From Octopus sinensis (taxonomy: Eukaryota), in assembly GCF_006345805.1 (NCBI RefSeq), contig NC_043003.1:94674001-94738000 (forward strand): 64,000 nucleotides of DNA, read 5' to 3'. Under the pieces are notes generated by a model, which saw nothing but the letters and a program-made list of their open reading frames with translations, searched no databases and was not told where the DNA came from. The position numbers were made by a program, and so were the translations under genes. Of this stretch, positions 1 through 11,977 are shown in pieces (position 1 is the first letter of the stretch; every line of letters begins with the position of its first letter).

Positions 1-370
1 TGATGATGATGTTGTTTATGTACTAACAGCCAAAAATTAGACAGATTTAAAGTAAATAACACCAATAAGTTCCCAGTTCATCCCCTCCACCTCCTTCCTC
101 ATTGGCCATATTAAAATGAAAATAGATGACCATCTAGCTGCATATCAGGTGTGCAAGTGAGTTACTGCTGTTGTTACCTGCTGACAGATTGGTGCTGCCA
201 GTTGGCTGAGGGATGGGCGACTGGTTGAAAACAGCAGTTTTGATATAAGCAAACTGTTTACCTTGTATATTTATTTGGTAGTACCAGCTGCTGGCATTGA
301 GAGGGAGATAGGGAAAGAAAGAGAGAGAGAGAGAGAAAGAAAAAGAGGGAGAGAGTGAGATACTAAGGGA

Positions 371-489
371 GTGTATAAAGTGATTAACTGAGAACAGAAG
401 CAGACTGCAAAAAAAACTGCCCAGGAAGAAAAAGCATTTTGTGTATAAATTTACTTGAAGAAAATGTGGAAGATTTTTTTCAGGTAAGA
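371..489 (+). promoter_or_regulatory. Possible promoter and short first exon ending at a strong splice donor
   Basis: TATA-like gtataaag (372-379) and gtataaat (442-449) lie downstream of a GAGA tract. ATG at 464 runs 20 nt (MWKIFF) to CAG|GTAAGA at 483/484. No downstream exon identified. Confidence 0.2.
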
Positions 490-577
490 CAGTGATTATT
501 ATTCTATGAATGTATCTTAGAAAGAAATGTAATACTCGTTAGTTATTGCATCTTCTTCTTTACTTCCTATGAAACCA

Positions 578-634
578 GTGTCATGATGATAATAGTGTTG
601 GTGATGATGATGACGATGATGATGATGGTGTTGG

Positions 635-681
<47 letters not shown>

Positions 682-695
682 GTGTTGGTGATGGT
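578..695 (+). repeat. (GAT/GGT)n trinucleotide microsatellite
   Basis: Direct reading; it is the source of the poly-His ORF 517..792. Confidence 0.95.
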
Positions 696-1276
696 GATTT
701 GATTCATTTGTGAAAGTATAATTGAAGGTTTGTTTCCTCCACAGCCACCTTTTTTGTGTTATATCAACTTGTTGAGGCCAATTTACCACCAACAGGCTTC
801 ATCCACAGCAGGAATTGAACACAGTTCTCTAAATTAAACAAAACAGAACATCTGTCAATTCTAAAGTGGTGTCACTGCTTACAACAACAACTTCTTTCTA
901 CTCTATGGAATCCATTTACCATTTAATGAACTGAACTGTTTATGAATTGAGTGTGTTGGTCATGGACACATTGTAGTGATAACAACAAATGTACAAACCA
1001 CCAATTCCTCAATAGCTTTGCTCAATCTTCTCCATTCTCAGATGAATTGACCAAAGTATGAAGTTAATGTGAGTTTCTGATTGATTGAAATTGTTACTGC
1101 TAGCAAGATGACATTCTCCATTTTCTCTTTCTTTTCCATTTTTCTATTGTATTCATTTCTCTTTGAAAAATATAGTGCCTCTGGCCTTTTCCTTGTAGAA
1201 CTTAACCTACTTTAACATATCGGTTCAAATACAACGATTGTAAATTGAAATATATTTACATTGTTCTTTTTTTTTT

Positions 1277-1485
1277 ACTATATTTCTGTTAAACTACAAC
1301 CAATGTTTCACTTAATTTTAAAAATAATGAAGAATTTCTGAAGTGACTGTCGTTTTACTAGTCTTTAGAAGATAGATTTGCTTGAAATTTTGCTGGAAGA
1401 TTTTAATGTAGAATATTTTTCAAAATAGAAAGTTTTTATCACAGAAGAACGGGTAATCTTAGATAGGCTGGTATCAAGTGTTAGG
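1277..1485 (-). mobile_element. Degenerate copy of the piggyBac-type (TTAA) MITE family seen at 51122-51551
   Basis: Reverse-complement similarity to 51122-51334 (aaaataatgaagaattt, gaaattttgctggaagattttaat, tatcacagaa). Termini are eroded. Confidence 0.45.
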
Positions 1486-1516
1486 CTTTGTCCACTTTAT
1501 ATATAAACAGGTATGA

Positions 1517-1518
1517 AG

Positions 1519-1569
<51 letters not shown>

Positions 1570-1621
1570 ATATATATATATATATATATATACCTATCTG
1601 GTGATCTAGCTAGCTGTCTAG

Positions 1622-1691
<70 letters not shown>

Positions 1692-1790
1692 TATATATAT
1701 GTATGTATGTATGTATTGTATGTATGTATGTATGTATGTATGTATGTATGTATGTATGTATGTATGCATGTATGTATGTATGCATATATG
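1517..1790 (+). repeat. Compound microsatellite (TATC)n-(TA)n-(TATG)n
   Basis: Direct reading. Confidence 0.95.
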
Positions 1791-2308
1791 TATGTATGTA
1801 TGTACAAACACATACAAACTATATGCATCATACACGCATACAAACAGACAGACAGACAGAGATATATACATACCATCATATTTACATGCATATCAATGTA
1901 AAAGATATTACATCAACCAGAGAGCATGCTAATCCATTATATACATACATACACACATACATACTTACATACTTGCATGTATACATACATGTACAGACAT
2001 GCGAACGTACATATATACATATGTATCCATATAATGCAGTCATTCATGCATAAGTGCATACATACCCATCTGGAGCAAAGTATGGTTGAACTTGAGGTCA
2101 TGGGGAGAGAATGCAAATAATCCTTAATTCATATGTTACAAATGATCACAATATCTGGGACTATAAAAATCTGTGAAACCTTTTTAAGATTTAAAGGTTG
2201 ATGGTTAAAACAAGATACTTTCCTTCATAACCTTGCTACATCATAACTGGATTGTCAAAATTTACTCTAAAACTAAAAGAGAAAGAGAATAGTATACAGA
2301 GGATAGGT

Positions 2309-2742
2309 GTAGGAGTGGCTATGTGGTAAGTAGCTTGCTTACGAACCACATGGTTCCAGGTTCAGTCCCACTGTGTGGCACCTTGGGCAAGTGTCTTCTA
2401 CTATAGCCTCAGGCCGACCAGAGCCTTGTGAGTGGATTTGGTAGATGGAAACTGAAAGAAGTCATCGTATATATATATATGTATATATGCATGTGTGTGT
2501 GTGTGTGTGTGTGTATGTTTGTGAGTCTGTGTTTGTCCCCACCCCCAACATCACTTGACAAACGATGCTGGTGTGTTTACATGCCCGTAATCTAGCGGAT
2601 CGGCAAAAGAGACCGATAGAATAAGTACTAGGCTTACAAAGAATAAGTCCTGGGATTGATTTGCTCGACTAAAGGTGGTGCTCCAGTATGGCCACAGTCA
2701 CATGACTGAAACAAGTAAAAGAGTAAAAGAGAGAGTAAAGAG
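2309..2742 (+). mobile_element. tRNA-derived SINE family A (CORE-like), full length
   Basis: A-box-like tggctatgtggt, B-box-like ggttcagtccc, CORE-like ccttgggcaagtg, internal (TA)/(TG) repeat and (agtaaaag)n tail. More than 15 recognisable copies or fragments in the window. Confidence 0.9.
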
Positions 2743-2784
2743 TATGTACCTATCGAAAGGATAACCCCGAGGACAAAGAAATAA

Positions 2785-3221
2785 GAATCCACAGTGTGGT
2801 GGAAGCCATAGCCACTCATGATAAAAAGGAGTGCTGGTGGAATATCCCAGTGGAAACCTGAATAAAATGTAAACACAATAGACCTGATATAATGATTTGG
2901 GATAGAGAAGAGAAACTGTGCAGTTGTGGAAATCAGCTGCACAGCGGATGTTAACATAAAGCTGAAGATCAGTGAAAAAGAGAACACCTACGCTGAACTA
3001 TTGAGAAATCTGCAGTTACTCTATCCAGATTACAAGTTTTTGGGACACTGCAAAACCAGAAAGGAGAAAGCTGATTCTAAGACTACAGATCCAAGCCGTC
3101 ACTGGAACTGTAAAAATCTGTAAAACTTACCAGAAGTTTACCATTTAAGAATATGTAAGCATGTCTAGTTATGCAAGTATATACATGTGAAGACATGCAT
3201 AAAACAAAACATACAAATCTA
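2785..3221 (+). mobile_element. 3' end of a non-LTR retrotransposon with restriction-like endonuclease (R4/Dong-like), type 1
   Basis: Frameshifted translation ECWWNIPV...KHNRPDIMIWDREEK...VVEISCTADVNIKLKISEKENTYAELLRNLQLLYPDYKF...TGTVKICKTYQKF matches the PD-(D/E)xK RLE domain. A 3' UTR and (TACA)n follow. Confidence 0.85.
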
Positions 3222-3278
3222 CACATATACATACATACATACATACATACATACATACATACATACATACATACATAC

Positions 3279-3388
3279 AAAAATGCCCTGTTGATATTGT
3301 TGAAAATCCAATGAAGGAGCCTTGGCTCTAGATTAGAAACTGACTTTCCCTATTGGCAAGAAATCTTGAAGTAAAACAGAAAAATGAC
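3279..3388 (+). mobile_element. 110-bp RLE-LINE 3'-tail module between two (TACA)n tracts
   Basis: A second copy lies inverted at 9236-9347. Its core ccaatgaaggagccttggctctag..tagaaac resembles the LINE 3' UTR at 32330-32365 (ccaaagatggagccttgtctctttgttggaaacc). Confidence 0.7.
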
Positions 3389-4228
3389 ATACATACATAC
3401 ATACATACATACATACATACATACATACATACATACATACATACATGCATACATACATACATATATACATTTTTTCACACAAGGACTTGTCAAAAACTGA
3501 AACAAACTACACATGTTGATTGTTTGCTGTCAGTACCCTGTATCCTTCAAAAGTTCTTTGCTTCCCAAAATTCACCAGCATTACTCCCGATGTACCTATG
3601 CACCCTTTCTTCATTGTGGGTCTTTTCCTGTTCACTTTTTTGTTTCCTTGTGTTTTATTCCATGTACTGGGCCTACACCTCTGGCTTTCATTGTGTTGTG
3701 TCTGTATTAGAAACAATTATTATGACAGGCAGTTTTTATACGCCGGGTGGCCATGGCGAAAGAGGTTGTATGGGGGGACAAAATTAAAGGGGCTGAAGAC
3801 AAACACTTTCCTCTTTTGCTAATCCCTCTTGAAGTGGAAAATAAGGGTGGAGAGTGCAGTGTTGCCTTCCAGCCATTTCATTGGAAGGTTGATCACAGTA
3901 GCAAGCATGGTGTGAGTGAATGGGCCTGCCCTGGGCATATGCCTGTCAATTGGAGATAAGGAACTGAAAAAATGCTCCTACCCCAGAAGTCAGTGTATCC
4001 ATTGTTTTATGGAGTTTTTCCATGAGCATCCCTTGAACATCTCCTCTCTATTGAGAGTTACACTTTGTTAGAATTCTGTACTTTTTTTTCCTTCTTTGTT
4101 AAACCTGTTTAGATACAAAATCCTCACAATAATCACATGTACACTACACACACATGCATTCAGAATATTGTCCTATGCCATCCATAATGTTTTTTCTTGA
4201 TGTAAATCCTTTGTGGTCAATAAAGAAA

Positions 4229-4287
<59 letters not shown>

Positions 4288-4531
4288 AGTGCATATTTAT
4301 TACATATACTTCTAGTATATATATATATTATATATATATAATATATATAATAAATAAACCATACGCATACATATACATACATATATGTACGTACCTACCT
4401 CTACATGTATATATTCACGCATATATGAGTACAGGACACCAAAAAAACGTCGAACACAATGAGAAACGAAAACATAGACACAAACCCAAGGAACTGGACA
4501 TTTTTCTTAAACAACAAAAAAAATAGAGTAC

Positions 4532-4586
<55 letters not shown>

Positions 4587-5239
4587 CACATACACACATT
4601 TGCTCTCTTTAAGATACCACGTTCACACTAACATGTGCCTGTGTGCCTGTGTATATGTATATAGACATACACACATATATATATATTATACATATAAACA
4701 TACACATAATATACTTGCATACATATAATTACAATGAAATTAATATGCACATTCAGTATCCCTTGAAACTGCCTCATAAATATCCGTTATAAATGGCCAT
4801 TAGATATCTTTTATGCAGTGTAGGATTTATCACATGTTATGCACTGCATACAAAATAGTCAAATCCCTTACTTTTAAAATATTTTAGCTTTCTTATGTTT
4901 GGAAAAGCAAACAAGAAATATGATATTTTCTTTTGCCGATCCATATAATATCTACATTTGTTATATTCATATACCTCGTGATTTTTGATGTGATGGGAGG
5001 CCAGAAATGGAAGTATTGGTAATATGTTAGAGTCTGAGCTAAAGTGTGAGTGGTTTGCATTGGTTTGTTTTCTATCACAAAGTAATTCGATTCTCTCTGG
5101 CTCAGTACACTTAGTCTAAAACATAAATCACATAGCATATTTACATTTATACTTCATACTCAGTTAGCAGCAAGAGTAGCTGAGTTTTGAAATGTTCCTC
5201 ATGATCATCTTCTTTATAACCCTTCAGTTTTAGTATATA

Positions 5240-5466
5240 TATTTCTTTCCTGCCCACAAGGGGCTAAACATAGATGGGACAAACAAGGACAGACAAAGGG
5301 ATTAAGTCGATTACATCGACCCCAGTGCGGAACTGGTACTTTATTTATCGACCCCGAAAGGATGAAAGACAAAGTAGACCTCGGCAGAATTTGAACTCAG
5401 AACATAACAACAAACGAAATACTGCAAAGCATTTCGCCCGGCGTGCTAACGTTTCTGCCAGCTCGC
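5240..5466 (-). mobile_element. tRNA-derived SINE family B
   Basis: tRNA-like head (gcgagctggcagaaacgttagc...gagttcaaattc), central tttcatcctttcggggtcgataaa domain, and a tail ending ccttgtgggcaggaaagaaat. Confidence 0.9.
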
Positions 5467-5499
5467 AGTATATATGTTGCCAAAGTAACTACATAACTG

Positions 5500-5700
5500 G
5501 TCTCTGATCATCAGAGCTGGTTGGTCTCATAACTCCATCACTCAGGCAATCCTGACCCATCCATCTCTCACCCAGCTCTCATCACTCTTGTTGTATCCAG
5601 CCCAGTTTTCCCTGCATTACCCACTTTGTCCAATCCTTCATCCTTACAAGATTGTCTCTCAGGAATCTCCACCTAGCTCATGTCATTTCTGTAGGTGTTG
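5500..5700 (-). mobile_element. Highly degenerate RTE-like LINE C-terminal fragment
   Basis: Translation ARWRFLRDNLVRMKDWTKWVMQG...ERWMGQD, with stops, loosely matches the RTE C-terminal RWxWxGHxxRM..WTK....RWxD pattern. Confidence 0.4.
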
Positions 5701-5814
5701 ACCTATGATAATTTAAATGGAACATCAACAGTATCACTCTTCCTAATATCAAAGAACCTGCAAGTGCCATGGTTTTCTATCTTCCTCCAGATTCTGTTTA
5801 TTCTTTTATTTGTT

Positions 5815-6230
5815 TAATCTTATACGTGTTTCAGTCATTTGACTGTGGCCATGCTGGAACACCACCTTGAAGGGTTTTAGTCGAACAAATCAACCCCAGG
5901 ACATTTTTTTTTTAAGCCTTGTACTTATCCTATCAGTCTATTTTGCTGAACTGCTAAGTTATAGGGATGTAAACACACCAACACCGGTTGTCAAGTGGTG
6001 ATGGAGGACAAACACAGACACAAAGACATAAACACATAGACATATATATATATATATATATATACATATGACAGGCTTCTTTCAGTTTCTGTCTATCAAA
6101 TCCACTCACAAGGCTTTGGTTGGCCTGAGGCTATAGTAGAAGACACTTGCCCAAGGTGTCATGCAGTAGGACTGAACCCAAAATCTTGTGGTTGAGAAGC
6201 AAGCTCCTTACCACACAGCCTTGCCTACAC
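5815..6230 (-). mobile_element. SINE family A copy
   Basis: Reverse complement of 2309-2742 over its full length. Confidence 0.9.
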
Positions 6231-7071
6231 CTATAACCACAACTAATGCACCTCAGGTACGGGCATGGTTATATGTTAAGGAAGCTTTCTTTGCAACCTC
6301 ATGATTTCAGATTCAATTCCATCCTGTAGCACCTTGGGCAAGTGTTTTCATTTTTATAGCCCCGGAATAACCAATGCCTTGTGAGTAAATTTGGTAAACA
6401 AAAACTGAGCAGAAGCTCATTGTGTGTGATTATCTTTGTCCTATTGCCACGTCATAACTGGTGTTAGTTTGTTTATGTCCTTGTAATTTAGTGGTTCAGC
6501 AGGAGACCTGATTTGTTCAGCTAAAGCCTTCAAGCAGGTACCCCAAAAATGCCACACTATCCAATAACCAAAACAACGAAAATGTAAAAGATGGTAGAAA
6601 AAAGAAAACATTCCATGATTGCTATAGAATTTTAATTAATTTTTTTTATAAGTTACATACTTCTTTGACAGACAAGTATTTTGTCTGACATTTTAATGAT
6701 TCTGTCAGCATAGCGCTTTCAGAATATAAATTAACCATTAGTAAATCTGCAATGATTATAAATCAATATCTGTATAATGAGGTCATCTTCACCTTTCATC
6801 TCTTGAGGGTCAATAAAAGAAAGTACCAGTGAAGTAATGGGATTGGTGTAATCAACTTGTCCCGTCCCCTCAAAATTAAACCCTGCAATAGTCTGACATC
6901 CCATTCAAGGGGAAATTTGTGATCACAATTATATACCATGGAAAGTGGGTAACCAGCATTAATAGAGTCTTAGAGTTTTAGGGAAAAAATATTACATTAA
7001 ATATAGGCACAGGATGGCTAAGTGGTAAGAAGCTTGCTTCCCAACCACATGGTTTGGGCTCAGTCCCACCA

Positions 7072-7530
7072 TGTAAGCACCCTGAGAGAAAAGTTGGACA
7101 TAAGAAGCATCAGATGAGGTGTGCAAGTGAGACGACTGCACTGGTATGGTCATGTGTTACAAATGGATGAGGACAGCTGAGTGAGGAAGTGCTACTCCCT
7201 AACTGTGGAAGGAACCTGTAGAAGAGGTAGACCCAGAAAGACATGGGATGTGGTGGTGAAGCATAACTTCAAACATTGGGCCTCAAAGAGGCAATGACAG
7301 GAGACCAAGACCTCTGGAGATATCCTGTGATTGAGAAAACTTGGAAACTAAAGTAAGATTGCAGCCAATTAAGAATACCCCCAAATGCTCAGGTGATATG
7401 ATATGCATGAGAAGACCTGTTGAGTCAAGTAAAACCAATATCGTAGCTGTGGCCAGTGCCTCCTATCTGGCTCCCATGCTGGTGGCACATAAAAAGCAGC
7501 ATCTGAACGGGGTCGATGCCAGGTCCACAT
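7072..7530 (+). mobile_element. 5'-truncated RTE-clade LINE: ORF C-terminus plus start of the 3' UTR
   Basis: Translation VSTLREKLDIRSIR*GVQVRRLHWYGHVLQMDEDS*VRKCYSLTVEGTCRRGRPRKTWD contains the WYGHV and RGRPxKTW motifs. The UTR contains the gtggcacataaaaagca unit shared by the (GAT)n-tailed repeats, linking those repeats to RTE. Confidence 0.85.
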
Positions 7531-7900
7531 GCTTCCTAACCACATGGTTCCAGGTTCAATCCCACTGCGTGGCACCTTGGGCAAGTGTCTTCTACTGTAG
7601 CCTCACACTGACCAAATCTTTATGACTTGATTTGGTAAATGGAAACTGTAAGAAGCCCATCATGTATATGTGTGTGTGTGTTTCCATCTGGGAGTGTGTG
7701 TGTATTTGTGTCTGTATTTCTCCCCCACCACTGCAGTGACAACTGGTGTTTTTGTGTCTACATCCCTGTAACTTAGCGGTTCAATCAAAGAGGCCAATAG
7801 AACAAGTACCATACTTTACAAAAAGGAAAAAAATAGGTAAAAGAAAAATTTCTTCAAGGTGATGCTCCAGCATGGCCCCAGTCTAATGTCTGAAACAAGT
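7531..7900 (+). mobile_element. SINE family A copy, 5'-truncated
   Basis: Body and tail match family A. Confidence 0.85.
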
Positions 7901-8069
7901 TAGAGGTAGAATGGTAAAAGATATATTTCTTTGAACATGAACTTCACAACTGAACAATATTTTGTTTTACTTTTTGATTTCTTCTTATCGCTAGTATAGC
8001 TGAAATATTGTAGGAGACAGCTCAAATCAACAACATAACCTTTTCTTTTTATTTTATTAACTTTAACAC

Positions 8070-8070
<1 letters not shown>

Positions 8071-8107
<37 letters not shown>

Positions 8108-8190
8108 CGTGCATATACAACTGTTTGACGAAAATGCTTGTAAACAATTATACAGAAGTGCAACTGTGTATACATATATATATATATATG

Positions 8191-8237
<47 letters not shown>

Positions 8238-8297
8238 GCATAAAACGCAAGCACATATACAAACATATAGATGCACATACAATTACATGTGTTTATG

Positions 8298-8375
<78 letters not shown>

Positions 8376-8386
8376 GATAGATAGAA

Positions 8387-8419
<33 letters not shown>

Positions 8420-8528
8420 TAGGTAGGTAGGTAGGTAGACAGACAAACAGTTAGATTGATCGATAGATAGACAGACAGACAGGCCAACAGATTGATCGAT
8501 AGATAGATTGATCGACAGACAGATAAGT

Positions 8529-8572
<44 letters not shown>

Positions 8573-8580
8573 CAGGGAGA
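8071..8580 (+). repeat. Compound microsatellite block (TG)n,(TA)n,(GATA)n,(GA)n
   Basis: Direct reading; source of ORFs 8063..8713 and 8293..8667. Confidence 0.95.
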
Positions 8581-9235
8581 AAGAGAAAGTGGGGAAAAAG
8601 AGAAAAATAGGAAGAAGAGAGAGAGAGAGAAAAGGGGAGAGAGAAATAAACAGATAGATATGCACATATAAATTTATAGTTAATTTAAAGAAAGGAAACC
8701 AATTTATTCTCAATTAATCAATGCTGCAGGCGTATTCAAGATTAATGATGTAAACGTGACAATCTTTGCATCCCCACCCTCACCCCCGCCTCCAGTTCAA
8801 CAATTTGTGAGCCATGGCATCTTAGTTGGAAAACATTGATATATAGGTTTGCCTTGACATATCACAAGAAGTGCTTTTGTGAAGGACAAACGGACAAGGG
8901 ACAAGGAGACCGAAATCACAGAAACATGTTTGCATGTGTGTGTGTGTGTGTGTGTCTGTGTATGTATGCATGCATGCACATACATGTATAATACATATTC
9001 AAGTATACACGTACACATACAAACACGCACACACATGCAATTTACGCATGTAGATTTGTCTTGATAAATCGGAAAAATTACAAGAACTATTTTAATGGCA
9101 AGCAAGAGTAGTGGACAGAAAGATTAAAATCACTGTACGTCATATATTTGCTATGTGTGTGTGTGTGAGAGAGATACATGTAAAATACATATATTTATAT
9201 ATGTACATACATACACATGTATGTGTGTGTCTGTA

Positions 9236-9347
9236 AGTCATTATCCAGCTTTATTTCAAGATTTCTTGCTAATAGAGAAAGCGCTAATTTCCAACCTAGA
9301 TCCAAGGCTCTTTCATTGGAATGTCAACAAAATCAATAGGGTGTTTT
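9236..9347 (-). mobile_element. 110-bp RLE-LINE 3'-tail module, second copy
   Basis: Reverse complement of 3279-3388, again directly downstream of a (TACA)n tract (9348-9460). Confidence 0.7.
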
Positions 9348-9484
9348 GTATGTATGTATGTATGTATGTATGCATGTATGTATGTATGTATGTATGTATG
9401 TATGTATGTATGTATGTATGTATGTATGTATGTATGTATGTATGTATGTATGCATGCATGCATGCATGTATGTGTGTGTGTGTG

Positions 9485-10215
9485 TGTATGTATACATTCA
9501 GATTTGTATATTTTGCTTTATGTATGTATTCTCATGCATATAACTGCTCATGTCTCTTCTATTTTTATAAATCTTCTCCTGAGGAGGGAGCCAGTTTCCA
9601 ACAAAGATACAAGGCTCCATCTTTAAGATGTAGTTACTACAGACAAATGAACATTTAGAACTTGAGAAAAGTCTTGCATAATTTTACTATTCCATTCACA
9701 GATTGCAGTTATAATGTACGAATTAGCTGGTCGGTTTCTCCTTCTGAAAATCTCAGTTTATTCAGATTCTCCTTTAAGCATTTACTAACAAAACCTAGAG
9801 CTCCAATTATTATTGGTATATATATGAATTCATAGTCAAGATATAGAAGCGGAAAGTTTTGAAACAGTTGTCTATGGATATCCCCTTTTCCTTTTTGTTT
9901 TTTTGAAAGAGATATTCATATCTGCAGAGCAGCTGACCTCTATGATGGCACATACCTTTGCTCCTCTGTCCCAAACAACAATATCTGGCCTGTTATGTTT
10001 ACATTTGACAGAAGTTTTGATGGGAATATTTCACCAATATTCCTTGAGTTGGTGTTTATGAATGCATTCCATAACAGAGGGATTTTCTAAGTTTATTTCA
10101 GGACAATCATTTTTGCGGATGGCATTGTAACTTGTTTTGGCAACAAAATCATGCCACATTGGGAGGTATTGTAAAGACTGTGCAATGTGAGATGAAGGGA
10201 ATGGCATCCTTAGTA
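9485..10215 (-). mobile_element. 3' end of an RLE (R4/Dong-like) non-LTR retrotransposon, type 2
   Basis: Translation YLPMWHDFVAKTSYNAI...KEYW*NIPIKTSVKCKHNRPDIVVWDRGAKVCAIIEVSCSAD...YIPIIIGALGFVSKCL...VKLCKTFLKF. A 3' UTR and (TACA)n follow. Confidence 0.9.
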
Positions 10216-10406
10216 CCACATCACACAGCCAATACAATAAATATATATTGAATAATATATATAAGTGACAGAGGGTAAAAGAGAGACACAACCGAGTAGA
10301 ATGTTTAAGAGAAGCTTTATTGATACGTTAATATGTGTGTCTGTGTGTGCGTCATATATACAGAATAATAGACCTGGCCATCATGAGAACAAGATATATG
10401 CATGTG

Positions 10407-10643
10407 TAAAGGCGGCAAGCTGGCAGAAACGTTAGCACGCCGGGCAAAATGCGTAGCTGTATTTCGTCTGCCTTTACATTCTGAGTTCAAATTCCGCTGA
10501 GGTCGGCTTTGCCTTTCATCCTTTCAGGGTCGATTAAATAAGTACCAGTTACGCACTGGGGTCGATATAATTTACTTAATTCGTTTGTCTGTCCTTGTTT
10601 GTCCTCTCTGTGTTTAGCCCCTTGTGGGTAGTAAAGAAATAGA
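10407..10643 (+). mobile_element. SINE family B copy
   Basis: Full-length match to 5240-5466. Confidence 0.9.
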
Positions 10644-10756
10644 TATATGTGTGTGTAAGAAAAGATGTATGCACGTGTCAAGACAGTGAAAGAATCTATA
10701 AAGAGAAGTGAAAAGATTGTTCATAGACACAAGATCATTAATACCAGTTCATAGTT

Positions 10757-11172
10757 CAGGAGTGGCTGTGTGGTAAGTAGCTTGTCTACCAACCACATGG
10801 TTCCGGGTTCAGTCCCACTTCATGGCACCTTGGGCAAGTGTCTTCTACTATAGCCTCGGGCCAACCAAAGCCTTGTGAGTGGATTTGGTAGACGGAAACT
10901 GAAAGAAGCCCATCGTATATATGTGTATATATATATATATATGCGTGTGTGTGTTTGTGTATCTGTGTTTGTCCCCCTAGCATTGCTTGACAACCGATGC
11001 TGGTGTGTTTATGTCCCCATTACTTAGCGGTTCAGCAAAAGAGACCGATAGAATAAGTACTGGGCTTACAAAAGAATAAGGACCGGGGTCGAGTTGCTCG
11101 ATTAAAGGCGGTGCTCCAGCATAGCCACAGTCAAATGACTGAAACAAGTAAAAGAGTAAAAGAGTAAAGAGT
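10757..11172 (+). mobile_element. SINE family A copy, full length
   Basis: Head, CORE-like domain, internal microsatellite and (agtaaaag)n tail. Confidence 0.9.
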
Positions 11173-11977
11173 AGTTGAAATATTATATCAAGAAGATGCT
11201 GAGCCGGTGGAGGTACATGTATGTGAAGTTGTGGCTGTGATACTGCTGCCTGGATCACTTGGTACAGGAGTTCTTACAGGCTGTACATTTGCTGTTGATC
11301 CATGGTGAAGTAATTCACGAACAGTGAAGTATTGGAACCTGGGAAAGTTGCTTGTTGAGTTGTGTACATAGAGAGATGATGTCGACAACGTTAAAAAGAT
11401 GATAGTGGTGACGAAGACGGAGGTTGCCGTATTGATGCTGGATGAAGTTGGTAAGTCTCAACGTGGCTGCTGTGATATTGTCGCTCGAACTGGCTGTGTC
11501 ATCTGTGGTCAGTGGCTAGACCTAAAGAGGTCTGGAACCAAAGATGTATAATGAGGAAAATGATGAGTTTTTATAGGGAGCAGTAGGCTCAAAAGAGTTC
11601 GAAAAAGGTTGTTCACATGATGCTATCTAAAGCCTCTGACTGACTATCCACAGTCAGTTGGTGCAACAGAGTAGGAGACATACTGTGCCAATACCAACCA
11701 ATCGGGGTAGTAGAAACAATGGGATACAAACAGTGGCCAAAGGCCAGTTGGTCCCTGTTACATTCAAAAGCACATATATACAGAATCTGTGCTACAGTAG
11801 TACCGTGACAACATTTTAGGACAGCTCTAATCACATGTATGATGTTTGTATGTATTGTGTATTATCACTATCATCATCATCATCATCATCATTTTACACT
11901 CATGATTTTTCTATGTTGGTGTTGAATGGGTTTATCTCACAGAATCCCATCACTACAATGGTTCACGTTATCTACAG

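Noticed and set aside
517-792. ORF with a long poly-His tract
   Set aside because: It is the reverse translation of a (GAT)n microsatellite, with no domain or splice context.
1513-2120. Overlapping 60-140 aa ORFs (YIYI, VCMY, HTYI repeats), and the many similar ORFs throughout the window
   Set aside because: Stop-free frames of (TA)n, (TATG)n, (TG)n and (GATA)n microsatellites.
2309-2400. tRNA-like sequences with A and B boxes
   Set aside because: These are SINE heads: no complete cloverleaf, and they continue into SINE bodies repeated many times.
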